Source: Bacteroidota bacterium (lineage in GTDB: Bacteria > Bacteroidota > Bacteroidia > Chitinophagales > Chitinophagaceae). From it: DNA of 64,000 nucleotides. The notes beneath the pieces were generated by a model that saw nothing but the letters and a program-made list of their open reading frames with translations, ran no database searches and was not told the DNA's origin. The translations under genes were made by a program, and so were the position numbers. Positions within the stretch are counted from its first letter, which is position 1, and each line of letters starts with the position of its first letter. Positions 44,978 through 55,158 of the stretch are shown here, piece after piece. The DNA lies in the NCBI GenBank assembly GCA_013285915.1, contig JABDGS010000001.1, positions 24,394 to 88,393 on the forward strand, given 5' to 3'.

Positions 44978-45976
44978 TTACTTCTGTTGCTGTTTCTGCG
45001 CTTTTTCTTTCTTTTTAAAAAAACCTCTTAATAAAAAGTTATGCTGCAGGGCCTCAAGGTTTTCATCAAGCTTTTTGCTGCTGCTGGCAAGGTTTTCAAC
45101 CATAGTTTTTAAATTCTGTGCCACCTGCTGGTCATTCAATATCATCCCCACTGGTTTTTTGGTATCGTTAAATGCACCGCTTGATAATTGCAGGCTGTCT
45201 GCAATGTTATTCACCTTTGACATGGCATTTTGCAGAGAAACTGATGCAGAATCCAAATGAGAAACTGACGCTTTTACACTGTTAAAAACTGTAGTATCAG
45301 TAATCAGCTCATTAGCCAGTGTACCCTGTTTGTGCAGGCCATTTGAGAATTGCTGCACGTTGGCTATAACCTGCTCGCTTTTTATTGCAACAGATTTAAA
45401 TCGCGCTATAGCGCTTTTAATATCCATCGCCATGGTAGAGTCGCTCAGCAGCTTGCCTATGGTACCCTGCCCATTTACCAGTTTACGTGTTACCTCTTTA
45501 AGGTTACCCGTTATCTCCAGCAGGTTGCGGTTATTTTGCTGCAGCATTACAAACATCTCATCTGTACTGGGGGTAACAGCAATATGCAGGTAATCACCAT
45601 CCTGCACAAGGGGCACCTGCCTTGTACCACCGGCAATTACTATTATTTTATTGCCTATAAAGCCGTCGCTGCTTATTTTGGCGGTAGCATCTTTATGTAT
45701 GCGTTTAATGGCATCTTTATCAATATTCATCAGTACTTCCACCTTGGTTTCACCATAAAAATTAATTTTTTTAATAGTGCCTACCTTCACACCATACAAC
45801 CAAACATTGTTTCCCGCCTGAAGGCCATTTACATCGTCAAACACAGCTTTTATTGTTGTGGCTTTAGCAAATGTTTTTTGCTGGCCGCCTAAAATAAATA
45901 CTGCAAGCGCCAGTATTATCAGCCCTACGGTTATAAAAATGCCAACAACAACGCTGTGGTTTAGTTTTCTTTTCAT
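44978..45976 (-). CDS. MlaD/MCE-family substrate-binding protein
   Basis: 332 aa with an N-terminal TM, an MCE domain (GLQAGNNVWLYGVKVGTIKKI) and a helical C-terminal tail. It overlaps the upstream ABC ATPase gene by 4 nt. Confidence 0.8.
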   Translation of the reverse strand: MKRKLNHSVVVGIFITVGLIILALAVFILGGQQKTFAKATTIKAVFDDVNGLQAGNNVWLYGVKVGTIKKINFYGETKVEVLMNIDKDAIKRIHKDATAKISSDGFIGNKIIVIAGGTRQVPLVQDGDYLHIAVTPSTDEMFVMLQQNNRNLLEITGNLKEVTRKLVNGQGTIGKLLSDSTMAMDIKSAIARFKSVAIKSEQVIANVQQFSNGLHKQGTLANELITDTTVFNSVKASVSHLDSASVSLQNAMSKVNNIADSLQLSSGAFNDTKKPVGMILNDQQVAQNLKTMVENLASSSKKLDENLEALQHNFLLRGFFKKKEKAQKQQQK

Positions 45977-46758
45977 GGGTTAGTTATAAAATTGTAATCA
46001 TAAAAATTTTTGATCCGCACGTCATCTGATTGAAAAACTTCTTCAAAACTTCCCTGTCTTAAAAATTTTCCGTCATACAGCATCGCCACCCTGTCGCCGG
46101 TGGTTTTGGCGCAGGTAAGGTCGTGTGTAATGATGATAGACGTTGTTTTATATTCATCTTTTACTTTGTTCATAAGCTTATTGATCTCAATTGATGTTAC
46201 CGGGTCAAGCCCTGCTGTTGGTTCATCATACAACATTATTTCAGGCTCCAGTATCAGCGTGCGCGCAATGCCGATGCGTTTTGTTTGCCCACCCGATAAC
46301 TCCGAAGGCATCTGTTCAATGCTTCCTGCCAATTGCACATCATCCAGCACTTTTTTAACTGCCTTGTCAATATCGGCCCTGCTTAATTGTGGTTTATTAC
46401 GTACCAGTGCAAACTCTAGGTTTTCTCTAACCGTCATACTGTCGTACAGCGCGCTGCTTTGAAACGAGAAGCCAATACGTAACCTAAGCTTTTGCAGGTC
46501 TTTGTTGCTTATGGTATTCATATCACAGCCCAGCACATTCACATCACCCTTATCTGCCTTCAGCAAACCGGCAATAATTTTTATAAGCACAGATTTACCC
46601 GAACCAGATTTGCCAAGTACCACCACGTTCTCGCCCCTAACTACATCAAGGCTTATACCATTTAGCACTTTAAGTGTTCCAAAAGCCTTGTAAACATTTT
46701 TTACCGAAATGATAGTTTCTTTTGCCTGGCTGTTTTGTATGTCGGGATTTTTTTGCAT
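45973..46758 (-). CDS. ABC transporter ATP-binding protein (MlaF-like)
   Basis: Walker A is GKSGSGKS, the signature is LSGGQTKR and Walker B is MLYDEPT. Confidence 0.92.
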   Translation of the reverse strand: MQKNPDIQNSQAKETIISVKNVYKAFGTLKVLNGISLDVVRGENVVVLGKSGSGKSVLIKIIAGLLKADKGDVNVLGCDMNTISNKDLQKLRLRIGFSFQSSALYDSMTVRENLEFALVRNKPQLSRADIDKAVKKVLDDVQLAGSIEQMPSELSGGQTKRIGIARTLILEPEIMLYDEPTAGLDPVTSIEINKLMNKVKDEYKTTSIIITHDLTCAKTTGDRVAMLYDGKFLRQGSFEEVFQSDDVRIKNFYDYNFITNP

Positions 46759-46760
46759 GC

Positions 46761-47564
46761 TTATCGTAAGAAAGAATTTACAAATTGAACAATTACGGTT
46801 TCTTCCAAAAAAATGGCGAACATGGATATAACCACCGCCTGGTTGGCCGCCTTGCCAACACCCACTGTGCCATTGGTAGCATTATAACCCTGGAAACAAC
46901 TGATAACGCCAACGGTAAAGCCATACACGGCAGATTTTATGACCGAAGAAAATATATCAAGAAAAGAGATCTTTGAAAAAGCATCGTTCATAAACCCCCT
47001 GAAGCTGGTAAGCTCATTCGTGTGTACATTAAGGTACGAACCAAGTATGCCCACACCGCCGGAATATAATACCAGTAGCGGCAGCATTAAACTGCAGGCC
47101 AGTATGCGCGTAACCACCAAAAATTTAAATGGGTTGGTGGCCGTCATCTCCATGGCATCAATTTGCTCAGATACCTTCATGCTGCCAAGCTCGGCGCCAA
47201 TGTTGCTACCTACTTTGCCGGCTACTATTAACGAGGTTACCAGCGGTGCCAGTGCGCGTACAATTGCAATGGTTACCAGCGACGGCAACCATGATGCAGC
47301 GCCAAACTCAGATAATGAGGGGCGGCTTTGCTTGGTAAACACAAGCCCTGTTATAAAACCGGTTAAAGTAATAAGGGGCAAAGTTTTACAGCCAACTTCG
47401 TAGCATTGGTTTATTACCTCCCTTATTTCATAAGGGGGTATAAATACCTGCTTAAAAAATTGTACAATAAATTTGTACAGGCGGTACATGCCTGCAAAAA
47501 AATCGCGCAAGCCGCCTAAAATGCCGGCGCGTTGTGTTGTTTGGCCTGTTTCTGTGTTCATCAA
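46761..47564 (-). CDS. MlaE-family ABC transporter permease
   Basis: 267-aa polytopic membrane protein, first gene of the MlaE-MlaF-MlaD-like operon. Confidence 0.85.
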   Translation of the reverse strand: MMNTETGQTTQRAGILGGLRDFFAGMYRLYKFIVQFFKQVFIPPYEIREVINQCYEVGCKTLPLITLTGFITGLVFTKQSRPSLSEFGAASWLPSLVTIAIVRALAPLVTSLIVAGKVGSNIGAELGSMKVSEQIDAMEMTATNPFKFLVVTRILACSLMLPLLVLYSGGVGILGSYLNVHTNELTSFRGFMNDAFSKISFLDIFSSVIKSAVYGFTVGVISCFQGYNATNGTVGVGKAANQAVVISMFAIFLEETVIVQFVNSFLR

Positions 47565-47700
47565 GGTTAGTTGTAATAACTTCTACAGGGGTATGTTAAA
47601 CAACTTGAGTGCCAGAATATGGTAAAATGTAAAAGAGCAATAATGTGTTATATTTTGGTTTATGGCTGCCGTTAAAGTATTTTAGTGCCAAATTGTTTGA

Positions 47701-48225
47701 GTGTTGAAAGCCATACTAACAGAACAGCAGGTTGCATTAAGCATAAAAAGACTGGCGCACCAGGTAATGGAAAACCATTTGCAGTTGCAGGATACCGTTA
47801 TTATAGGTATGCAGCCACGGGGCATTTATGTAAGCGACAGGATTGTGGATGAGTTGAAGCAATTAGTTGCCCCTGCCAAAATAAAATATGGCAAACTGGA
47901 TATTACCTTTTACCGTGACGATGTGAGGAAGGAACTTAAATTAGCCAATAAAACCGATATATCTTTTAGCATTGAGAACAAGCAGGTTGTTATAATTGAT
48001 GATGTTTTGTGGACCGGCAGAACGATACGCGCCGCGCTTGATGCACTGCTTGATTTTGGCCGCCCTAAAAAGGTTGAACTCTGTGTGCTTGTTGACCGTC
48101 GCTTTAGCCGCGAGCTGCCGATACAGGCAGACTACGTTGGCCGCGCCATTGATACTTTTCCGCAGCAAAAGGTTATTGTAAAATGGAAAGAGAAAGATGG
48201 AATAGACGAAGTGGTGTTGGTTTAA
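47701..48225 (+). CDS. pyrR: Bifunctional pyr operon regulator / uracil phosphoribosyltransferase PyrR
   Basis: 174 aa from a GTG start. The PRPP-binding motif is VVIIDDVLWTGRTIRAAL. Confidence 0.9.
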   Translation: MLKAILTEQQVALSIKRLAHQVMENHLQLQDTVIIGMQPRGIYVSDRIVDELKQLVAPAKIKYGKLDITFYRDDVRKELKLANKTDISFSIENKQVVIIDDVLWTGRTIRAALDALLDFGRPKKVELCVLVDRRFSRELPIQADYVGRAIDTFPQQKVIVKWKEKDGIDEVVLV

Positions 48226-48271
48226 ACGAACGATCTCTTTACCAGGCTGATCTGATTCAAATACTCAATAA

Positions 48272-48354
48272 TCAATATTCAACACTCAAAATTCAAGTGA
48301 AAAGTGAAGGGTTGTTATAAGGTTTTCCGTTGAGCATTGAGTGTTGAATATTGA
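48272..48354. repeat. 18-bp perfect inverted repeat (tcaatattcaacactcaa ... ttgagtgttgaatattga), 47-nt spacer
   Basis: The arms lie at 48272..48289 and 48337..48354. It belongs to the dispersed gtgttgaatattga family, also found at 31635..31655 and 54627..54647. Confidence 0.75.
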
Positions 48355-48407
48355 GTGTTTCCCGATATTTGGAATTTACCCATAGAATAATCAGCAACCA
48401 ACTACAC

Positions 48408-50867
48408 ATGAGAATATGCCTGTTTCTGCTTGCCGTGCTCATTCAGCAATACCTTTTTGCACAGGATAATATTTCTTCTCTTATTGATATTAAAAAAATT
48501 GACCCCTCAACGGTAATATGGTTTAATAAACCAGCCACCAAATGGGAAGAAGCATTACCGGTGGGCAATGGCCGGCTTGGCGCTATGGTGTTCGGCAAAA
48601 CAGGGCAGGAGCGGATACAGCTGAATGAAGACACTTACTGGAGCGGCGGCCCTTACAGCAGCGTGGTTAAAGGCGCTTATAAAGCTTTGCCAGAAGTGCA
48701 GAAAGATGTGTTTGAGGGAAAGTTTATGAAAGCCCATAACCTGTTCGGTCGTGAGATGATGGGCTACCCGGTAGAGCAGCAAAAATACCAGTGCCTGGGC
48801 AATCTTATATTGTTCTTTAAAGGAGAAGAAAAAGCTGCTGGTTACAAACGCTGGCTTGATCTGTCAACCGCGACAACTTCAACAGTATATACAGTGAACG
48901 GCGTAACCTATAAGCGGGAAGTTATAGCATCATCGCCCGACCGTGCTATCGCAATACGCATAACCGCTGATAAGCCCGGTAGTATATCGTTTACAGCTAA
49001 CCTGCGCGGTGTGCGTAACCAGGAAATGAGCAATTACACCACCGATTATTTCAGGATGAACAGCGATGACAACGATTGCCTGGTGCTAACAGGAAAGTCC
49101 GGCGATTATATGGGTATAAAAGGCATGCTGCGGTACGAAGCGCGTGTTAAAGCCGTAGCTGATGGCGGCACTGTTACCGTAACAGATAATATCAACCTCA
49201 CCGTTACCAACGCCAATGCAGTAACGCTCTATTTTGTTGCGGCAACCAATTTTGTAAACTATAAAAATGTATCTGCCGACCAGCATAAAAGGGTTATGGA
49301 TGCATTGGCGGGCGTTCAATCAAAAACCTATGAGGTTATAAAAACTGCTGCCATAGAAGACTATCAAAAATTATTCAACAGGGTTAGCTTTCATCTTTCC
49401 AATACTGAGAGTTCTTATTTACCCACCGATGAAAGAATGAAGGCGGTAACATCGTCACCAGATCCCTCACTCGCAGGCCTTTGTTACCAGTTTGGGCGGT
49501 ATGCCATGATCTCATGCTCACGCCCCGGTACAGAACCAGCCAATCTGCAGGGTATCTGGAACCAGGATGCCAACCCAATGTGGGATGCAAAATACACCAC
49601 TAACATAAACACCCAAATGAACTACTGGCAGGTTGAAACCGCCAATCTGCCCGAATGTGAACAGCCGCTGGATAAGATGATGCACGAGATAATGGACGAA
49701 GGCAGCAAAGTAGCTAAGGAGCATTATAATGCGCGCGGCTGGGTATTGCACCAAAATACTGATCTGTGGCGCGTGGCTGCCCCTATGGATGGCCCAACCT
49801 GGGGCACATTTACGGTTGGCGGTGCCTGGCTTACCAACGCGCTTTGGGAGCATTATGCTTTTACGGCTGATACAGCCTACCTGCGCAGCATGTACCCGGT
49901 TATAAAAGGTGCCGTGCAGTTTTTTATGGATTTTTTGGTGATGCACCCCAACGGCAAATGGCTTATAACCAACCCCTCCACTTCGCCGGAGAACTTTCCC
50001 CAACGCCCGGGTAATGGCGAGTATTATGATGAAGTTACAGGCATAACGCTGCCAGGTACGACTATCTGTGCAGGTTCGTCAATCGATATGCAAATACTGG
50101 ACGACCTGTTTGGCTACTATGCAAAAACATGCGCTATTTTAAAAACCGACACCGCGTTTGCTGCAAAGGTGTTACAGGCAAGGGCTAAGCTTGTGCCGCC
50201 ACAAATAGGCAAAAGCGGTATGCTGCAGGAGTGGGCTGATGATTGGGGGCAACTGGAAGATAAGCACAGGCATATGTCTCCGTTGTACGGCTTATACCCC
50301 GGCAATGTAATTTCTCCCACTAAAACACCTGGACTAATTGATGCGTGCAAAAAATTATTAGAAGAAAGGGGAGATGAAAGTTCAGGCTGGAGCCGTGCAT
50401 GGAAGCTGTGCTTATGGGCGAGATTGTTTGATGGTGACAGGTGCAATAAAATATTTAAAGGCTATGTAAAAGACCAATGCTTCCCCCAATTTTTTGCAAA
50501 AGGTGGCAGTGTAATGCAGGTAGATGCCACTTTTGGTTCAGCGGCGGGTATTGGTGAAATGGTATTGCAAAGCAATGAGGATGCAATTGATATACTGCCT
50601 GCTATTCCGGCTGAATGGTCAGATGGTGAAGTAACCGGCCTTTGTGCCCGCGGCGGCTTTGAAATAAATATTAAATGGAAAGGGGGCAGGGTTGAAAAGG
50701 CAGGGGTATTGTCAAAAGCGGGTAATAAATGCCGCATTAAACTGCACAACGGGCAAAAATTTGCAGTAACGTTTAACGGTAAATCCGTTACAACCACTAA
50801 TGCGGTGGACGGTTCTGCTTCATTCGATACAGTAAAAGGAGGCTTTTATGTACTAACTGCGCAATAG
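48408..50867 (+). CDS. Glycoside hydrolase family 95 (alpha-L-fucosidase-type), secreted
   Basis: ORF 48351..50867. The likely start is MRICLFLLAVLIQQYLFAQ at 48408 (signal peptide). It has EDTYWSGGPY, NLQGIWN and YTTNINTQMNYW motifs typical of GH95. Confidence 0.85.
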   Translation: MRICLFLLAVLIQQYLFAQDNISSLIDIKKIDPSTVIWFNKPATKWEEALPVGNGRLGAMVFGKTGQERIQLNEDTYWSGGPYSSVVKGAYKALPEVQKDVFEGKFMKAHNLFGREMMGYPVEQQKYQCLGNLILFFKGEEKAAGYKRWLDLSTATTSTVYTVNGVTYKREVIASSPDRAIAIRITADKPGSISFTANLRGVRNQEMSNYTTDYFRMNSDDNDCLVLTGKSGDYMGIKGMLRYEARVKAVADGGTVTVTDNINLTVTNANAVTLYFVAATNFVNYKNVSADQHKRVMDALAGVQSKTYEVIKTAAIEDYQKLFNRVSFHLSNTESSYLPTDERMKAVTSSPDPSLAGLCYQFGRYAMISCSRPGTEPANLQGIWNQDANPMWDAKYTTNINTQMNYWQVETANLPECEQPLDKMMHEIMDEGSKVAKEHYNARGWVLHQNTDLWRVAAPMDGPTWGTFTVGGAWLTNALWEHYAFTADTAYLRSMYPVIKGAVQFFMDFLVMHPNGKWLITNPSTSPENFPQRPGNGEYYDEVTGITLPGTTICAGSSIDMQILDDLFGYYAKTCAILKTDTAFAAKVLQARAKLVPPQIGKSGMLQEWADDWGQLEDKHRHMSPLYGLYPGNVISPTKTPGLIDACKKLLEERGDESSGWSRAWKLCLWARLFDGDRCNKIFKGYVKDQCFPQFFAKGGSVMQVDATFGSAAGIGEMVLQSNEDAIDILPAIPAEWSDGEVTGLCARGGFEINIKWKGGRVEKAGVLSKAGNKCRIKLHNGQKFAVTFNGKSVTTTNAVDGSASFDTVKGGFYVLTAQ

Positions 50868-50869
50868 AC

Positions 50870-53284
50870 CTACTCCGTTCTTAAACTTTTTACCGGGTTG
50901 GCAATGGCTGCTTTAATTGCCTGGAAAATTACTGTTGACAGCGCGATAAACAGCGCAAGCAAACCTGCAACGGCAAACATCCACCATGCAATGTTTATAC
51001 GGTAGGCAAAATCCTGCAGCCACTTGCTCATGGCCCACCAGGCCAAAGGCGAAGCAATAACAACAGCAATTGCAACCAGCTTCAAAAAATCGTTTGACAA
51101 CAGCGTAACAATATTTGCAACGCTTGCACCCAGCACTTTTCTCACACCAATTTCCTTCACCCGTTTTTGGGCTGTAAAAATTGCCAGGCCAAACAAACCC
51201 ATACATGCAATAACGATAGACAATGCAGCGGCCACACCAAAAAGGCTTTGAAACTTTTCAAGCTTTGCATACTGGCGCTGAAAATCATCATCCATAAAAC
51301 TATATTCCATTGGGTAGCCCTTATAAACCTTGCCCCAAGCCGCCTGCAAAATATTGGTGGCCTGCTTTGGCGTTACACCATCATAACGTACAGCATAAAT
51401 ATTTATAAACGATGCAAGGCTTAATACAACAGGGTTTATTTTTTGCTGCAGCCCGTGCTGGTGATAATCTTTTAACACTCCGGCTATAGTGCCTTCTTTA
51501 CCAGATGTGGTCAACTTTTTACCTATAGCCTTATCCGCATTGCCCCATCCAAATAGCTTAACTGCGGCTTCATTAATTACAAATGCACTGGTTGAATCAG
51601 CTTTGCTGCCCGCGATAAAATCCCTGCCGGCCTTTAACTGCAACCCAAGTGTTTTAATATAGTTCCCGTCTACTGGAATGTATTCTACTATCAACTGTGC
51701 GTCCTTCGGTTTGCCCTCGGGCCAAGCAAATTGAGAATCCCACCCGCTTCTGCCCGGCGCGGCGGTACAGGCTGTAACATTTTTTATACCGGGCCAGCCT
51801 AACAAAGTGTTTTTAAAAGCTTCGGAATTATCGTTCCGCAACGCCCATGGCACTTTTTTCATATCAATTATAAGTATCTTGTCTTTATCAAAACCAAGGT
51901 ACTGGTTATGCATAAACTGCATTTGCTTCCATATAATAAGCGTACCCATTATAAAAGCAATTGATATAACAAACTGGGTTACCACCATTGCCTTGCGGAG
52001 TATCGCGCCCGATGGCGCATGAGAAAAACGCCCTTTTAAAACCGATATTGGTTTGAATGATGAAAGCACCAAAGCAGGGTAGAAGCCTGCCAGCGGAACA
52101 AGCAATACAACAATACCCAGCATAAGCAGGCAATTCTGCGCTGAAAATAAATTGCGGGCTGTAAATGCCTCGCCAGAGAACTCATTAAACACCGGCAATA
52201 AAATGGTCATAAGCACAACGCTGATAGCCGTTGCGGCAACACATAAAACACCAGTCTCCGTTAAAAATTGCAGTATTAATTTTTTCCGGTTGCTGCCCAA
52301 TACTTTTTTTATACCGATCTCTTTGGCGCGCTCAACCGATTTTGCGGTGGTGAGATTTATGAAGTTGAGACAGGCAATAACCAAAATAAAAATGGCTACA
52401 ATAAAAAATAGCTGCACCATTTTTATATTGCCCGTAGTGCCTCTGCCCGTTGGCATATTTGAGTACAGGTACACTTCAGTAACCGGTCGCAATTTAAGGG
52501 CAGGTTTAAATCCTGTTTTTGCCACAGCTTCCTTTGCTTTATCCAATACAAGATTTTTAATTTTTGCCTGCGCAACATCGCCGCTAATACCCTTTTTTAG
52601 TTTTATGTAATTGTACATATTTACATCAAACCACCCCGACGCATATTCTTCCTTGCAATCCTTTGGATACATAGCACAAAAGGTGTTTAAAGAACCCACC
52701 ATATCAAACTTCAGGTGCGATGGTGCTGATAGATCCTGAAATACACCGGTTACCGTATATGGTACCGTATCGCTTATCATTATTGTTTTGCCCACCACGT
52801 TTTCGGTGGCGCCAAAATATTTTTCTTTTAGTTGCGTGCTTATTACCAGGCTGTAAGGTTTACTCAAAGCAGTGGCTGCATTGCCTTCTGCAAGCTGGTA
52901 GGGAAACACGTTTAAAAATTTTTCATCAGCATACAAAGCATCCTCATAAAAATGTGTATCCTTTGCCTTTATAACCGGCGACCAGTTGCGCATATAAGTA
53001 ACGGCTTCCACTTCGGGGTAATCGGTAGCCAGCACGCGGCCAACCGGCCAGCCTGCACCCGGCAGCGAGCTTGTTGTGCCATCCTGCATTTGCAGATCGG
53101 TTTCTACCCTGTATACCTGTTGCGCGGAGGGGAAGCCTTTATCATAACTTAACTCTCTTTTTACCCAAATTGTTATAAAGAAAAATAATGTGATACCTAA
53201 GGCAAGGCTGCTAAGGCTTATAAAAGTATAGCTGCGGTTAGCCAGGGCATTGCGCCAGGCTATTTTTAGATAGGTTTGTAGCAT
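50870..53284 (-). CDS. FtsX-like ABC transporter permease (MacB-type, duplicated FtsX domains)
   Basis: ORF 50870..53356. The likely start is MLQTYLKIAWRNALANRSYTFISL at 53284, the canonical N-terminus of this Bacteroidota permease family. It has two 4-TM FtsX blocks. Confidence 0.85.
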   Translation of the reverse strand: MLQTYLKIAWRNALANRSYTFISLSSLALGITLFFFITIWVKRELSYDKGFPSAQQVYRVETDLQMQDGTTSSLPGAGWPVGRVLATDYPEVEAVTYMRNWSPVIKAKDTHFYEDALYADEKFLNVFPYQLAEGNAATALSKPYSLVISTQLKEKYFGATENVVGKTIMISDTVPYTVTGVFQDLSAPSHLKFDMVGSLNTFCAMYPKDCKEEYASGWFDVNMYNYIKLKKGISGDVAQAKIKNLVLDKAKEAVAKTGFKPALKLRPVTEVYLYSNMPTGRGTTGNIKMVQLFFIVAIFILVIACLNFINLTTAKSVERAKEIGIKKVLGSNRKKLILQFLTETGVLCVAATAISVVLMTILLPVFNEFSGEAFTARNLFSAQNCLLMLGIVVLLVPLAGFYPALVLSSFKPISVLKGRFSHAPSGAILRKAMVVTQFVISIAFIMGTLIIWKQMQFMHNQYLGFDKDKILIIDMKKVPWALRNDNSEAFKNTLLGWPGIKNVTACTAAPGRSGWDSQFAWPEGKPKDAQLIVEYIPVDGNYIKTLGLQLKAGRDFIAGSKADSTSAFVINEAAVKLFGWGNADKAIGKKLTTSGKEGTIAGVLKDYHQHGLQQKINPVVLSLASFINIYAVRYDGVTPKQATNILQAAWGKVYKGYPMEYSFMDDDFQRQYAKLEKFQSLFGVAAALSIVIACMGLFGLAIFTAQKRVKEIGVRKVLGASVANIVTLLSNDFLKLVAIAVVIASPLAWWAMSKWLQDFAYRINIAWWMFAVAGLLALFIALSTVIFQAIKAAIANPVKSLRTE

Positions 53285-53564
53285 AATGGGCGGTTTGGCA
53301 GTTAAGATTTGCCTGGCTGGACCAGGTAGTGATAAATTGCACCACATTAGTGCCATATTCTTATATTATTGGCAATCATACAATTGTTATAGAGTTGTTA
53401 AACGGGCTGTACGCTTTTGATACACAAGATGTGCGCATTTGCACAACGCACAGCAATTTTAAACCATTAGCCGGCGCACAAAACCCACAACTTATAAACC
53501 AGCGTGCTGCGCCCTGAAACTATAAATTATAAACTATAAACTTTTCCTATATCTTCGCTTTTTA

Positions 53565-54491
53565 ATGGCACTATCTACGCAACATCTGCTGGGTATAAAA
53601 GATCTCAAACCTGAGGATATCCAGCTTATTCTTTCCACCGCACAGCAATTCAAAGAAGTTTTACAAAGGCCGGTTAAAAAAGTTCCCTCGCTGCGCGATG
53701 TAACTATAGTCAATTTGTTTTTTGAGAATTCCACCCGCACACGCATGTCGTTTGAACTGGCGGAGAGAAGATTGAGTGCCGACACACTTAATTTTACTGC
53801 AAGCGCTTCATCTGTAGCCAAAGGCGAAACCCTGCTTGATACAGTAAATAACATTTTAAGCATGAAGGTAGATATGGTTGTAATGCGGCATAGCGCCAGC
53901 GGAGCACCGCACTTTCTTGCAAAACATATTCCCGCTGCTATTGTAAATGCCGGGGATGGTATAAATGAGCATCCAACACAGGCTTTGCTTGATGCGTTCA
54001 GCATGCAGGAACGCACTGGTAAACTTGAAGGGCTGAAGGTTGCCATAATAGGGGATATAATGCATAGCCGCGTGGCACTGAGCAATATTTACCTTTTAGG
54101 CAAAATGGGCGCGGAAGTTATGATAGCCGGGCCGCCAACATTGATACCAAAATATATTACAGAGGCGCTTGATGTGCGCGTAACGTATAATGTAAAAGAA
54201 GCGCTGCAATGGTGCGATGTTGCCAACGTGCTGCGCATACAGCTTGAGCGGCAGAACCAGCCCTTGTTCTCTTCTTTAAGGGAATATAATCTTGCCTATG
54301 GCATAAGCAGGCGGTTGCTGGAAAGCCTTGATAAAGAGATTGTGATAATGCATCCTGGCCCTATAAACCGCGGCGTGGAATTAGACAGTGATGTAGCCGA
54401 CGGGCCACACTCAATAATACTGCACCAGGTTGAAAATGGTGTAGCTGTTAGAATGGCGGTGTTGTACTTGCTGGCAAACAGGGAAAACTAA
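53565..54491 (+). CDS. pyrB: Aspartate carbamoyltransferase catalytic subunit
   Basis: 308 aa with ENSTRTRMSFE, NEHPTQALLD and IMHPGPINRG motifs. Confidence 0.93.
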   Translation: MALSTQHLLGIKDLKPEDIQLILSTAQQFKEVLQRPVKKVPSLRDVTIVNLFFENSTRTRMSFELAERRLSADTLNFTASASSVAKGETLLDTVNNILSMKVDMVVMRHSASGAPHFLAKHIPAAIVNAGDGINEHPTQALLDAFSMQERTGKLEGLKVAIIGDIMHSRVALSNIYLLGKMGAEVMIAGPPTLIPKYITEALDVRVTYNVKEALQWCDVANVLRIQLERQNQPLFSSLREYNLAYGISRRLLESLDKEIVIMHPGPINRGVELDSDVADGPHSIILHQVENGVAVRMAVLYLLANREN

Positions 54492-54686
54492 CCTATTGCA
54501 GATTGCAGATTTTAGATTGCCCCAAAGGGGTCACTTTGTGACAGATTGAATTGAAGCGAAACCGAAAAACCCTTATTGCTGATTCCATGTTGCTATCTAT
54601 ATTAACTTTCTTTTACTGAGTGTTGAGTATTGCGTGTTGAATATTGAATATTTTCTAACTTCACTGGATTCAAAAATAATCATCGG

Positions 54687-55157
54687 ATGCCTAAAACCTG
54701 CTTATTCCCCGGTACGTTCGATCCTGTTACGCTTGGGCACGTTGATATTATAAACAGGGCATTGCCGCTGTTTGATAAAATGATCGTAGGCATTGGTATT
54801 AACTCCGCCAAAAAGCCCATGTTCTCACCCGAGCAAAGAATGGAATGGTTTAACCAGATCTACCGCAACCACCCTGAAGTGGAATGTATGGTATATGAAG
54901 GCCTCACCATAAATTTTTGTAAAGAGGTAGGCGCAAAATATATTTTGCGCGGTATTCGCTTTGTAAGTGATTTTGAATATGAAAAAGCAATTGCCGATGC
55001 CAACCGCACAATGGATAAAACCATTGAAACCATCTTCCTCACCTGCGAGCCGCAATACACTTCCATAGCCTCAACCATTGTGCGCGATATATTAAAACAC
55101 CACGGCGATGCATCACAATTTTTACCGGTTGAGGTGATAAAGACGCTAAACGGGTGA
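54687..55157 (+). CDS. coaD: Pantetheine-phosphate adenylyltransferase
   Basis: 156 aa with FPGTFDPVTLGH (the T/HxGH motif) and SSTIVRD-like ASTIVRD. Confidence 0.9.
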   Translation: MPKTCLFPGTFDPVTLGHVDIINRALPLFDKMIVGIGINSAKKPMFSPEQRMEWFNQIYRNHPEVECMVYEGLTINFCKEVGAKYILRGIRFVSDFEYEKAIADANRTMDKTIETIFLTCEPQYTSIASTIVRDILKHHGDASQFLPVEVIKTLNG

Positions 55158-55158
55158 A

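Noticed and set aside
47565-47700. PyrR-binding attenuator upstream of pyrR (also searched 53357..53564 upstream of pyrB)
   Set aside because: I could not find the conserved PyrR-binding loop (..A/G-UCCAGAGAGG-C/U..) or an anti-terminator/terminator pair by eye. This is not excluded without a covariance-model scan.
53534-54085. 183-aa minus-strand ORF
   Set aside because: It lies entirely antisense to pyrB, which has unmistakable ATCase motifs. The same applies to other long antisense ORFs: 33380..33808 in ruvA, 49518..50003 in GH95, 58618..59139 in malQ, 25393..26211 in the propeller-phosphoesterase gene, and 4251..4697 and 4986..5507 in the TldD-like gene.
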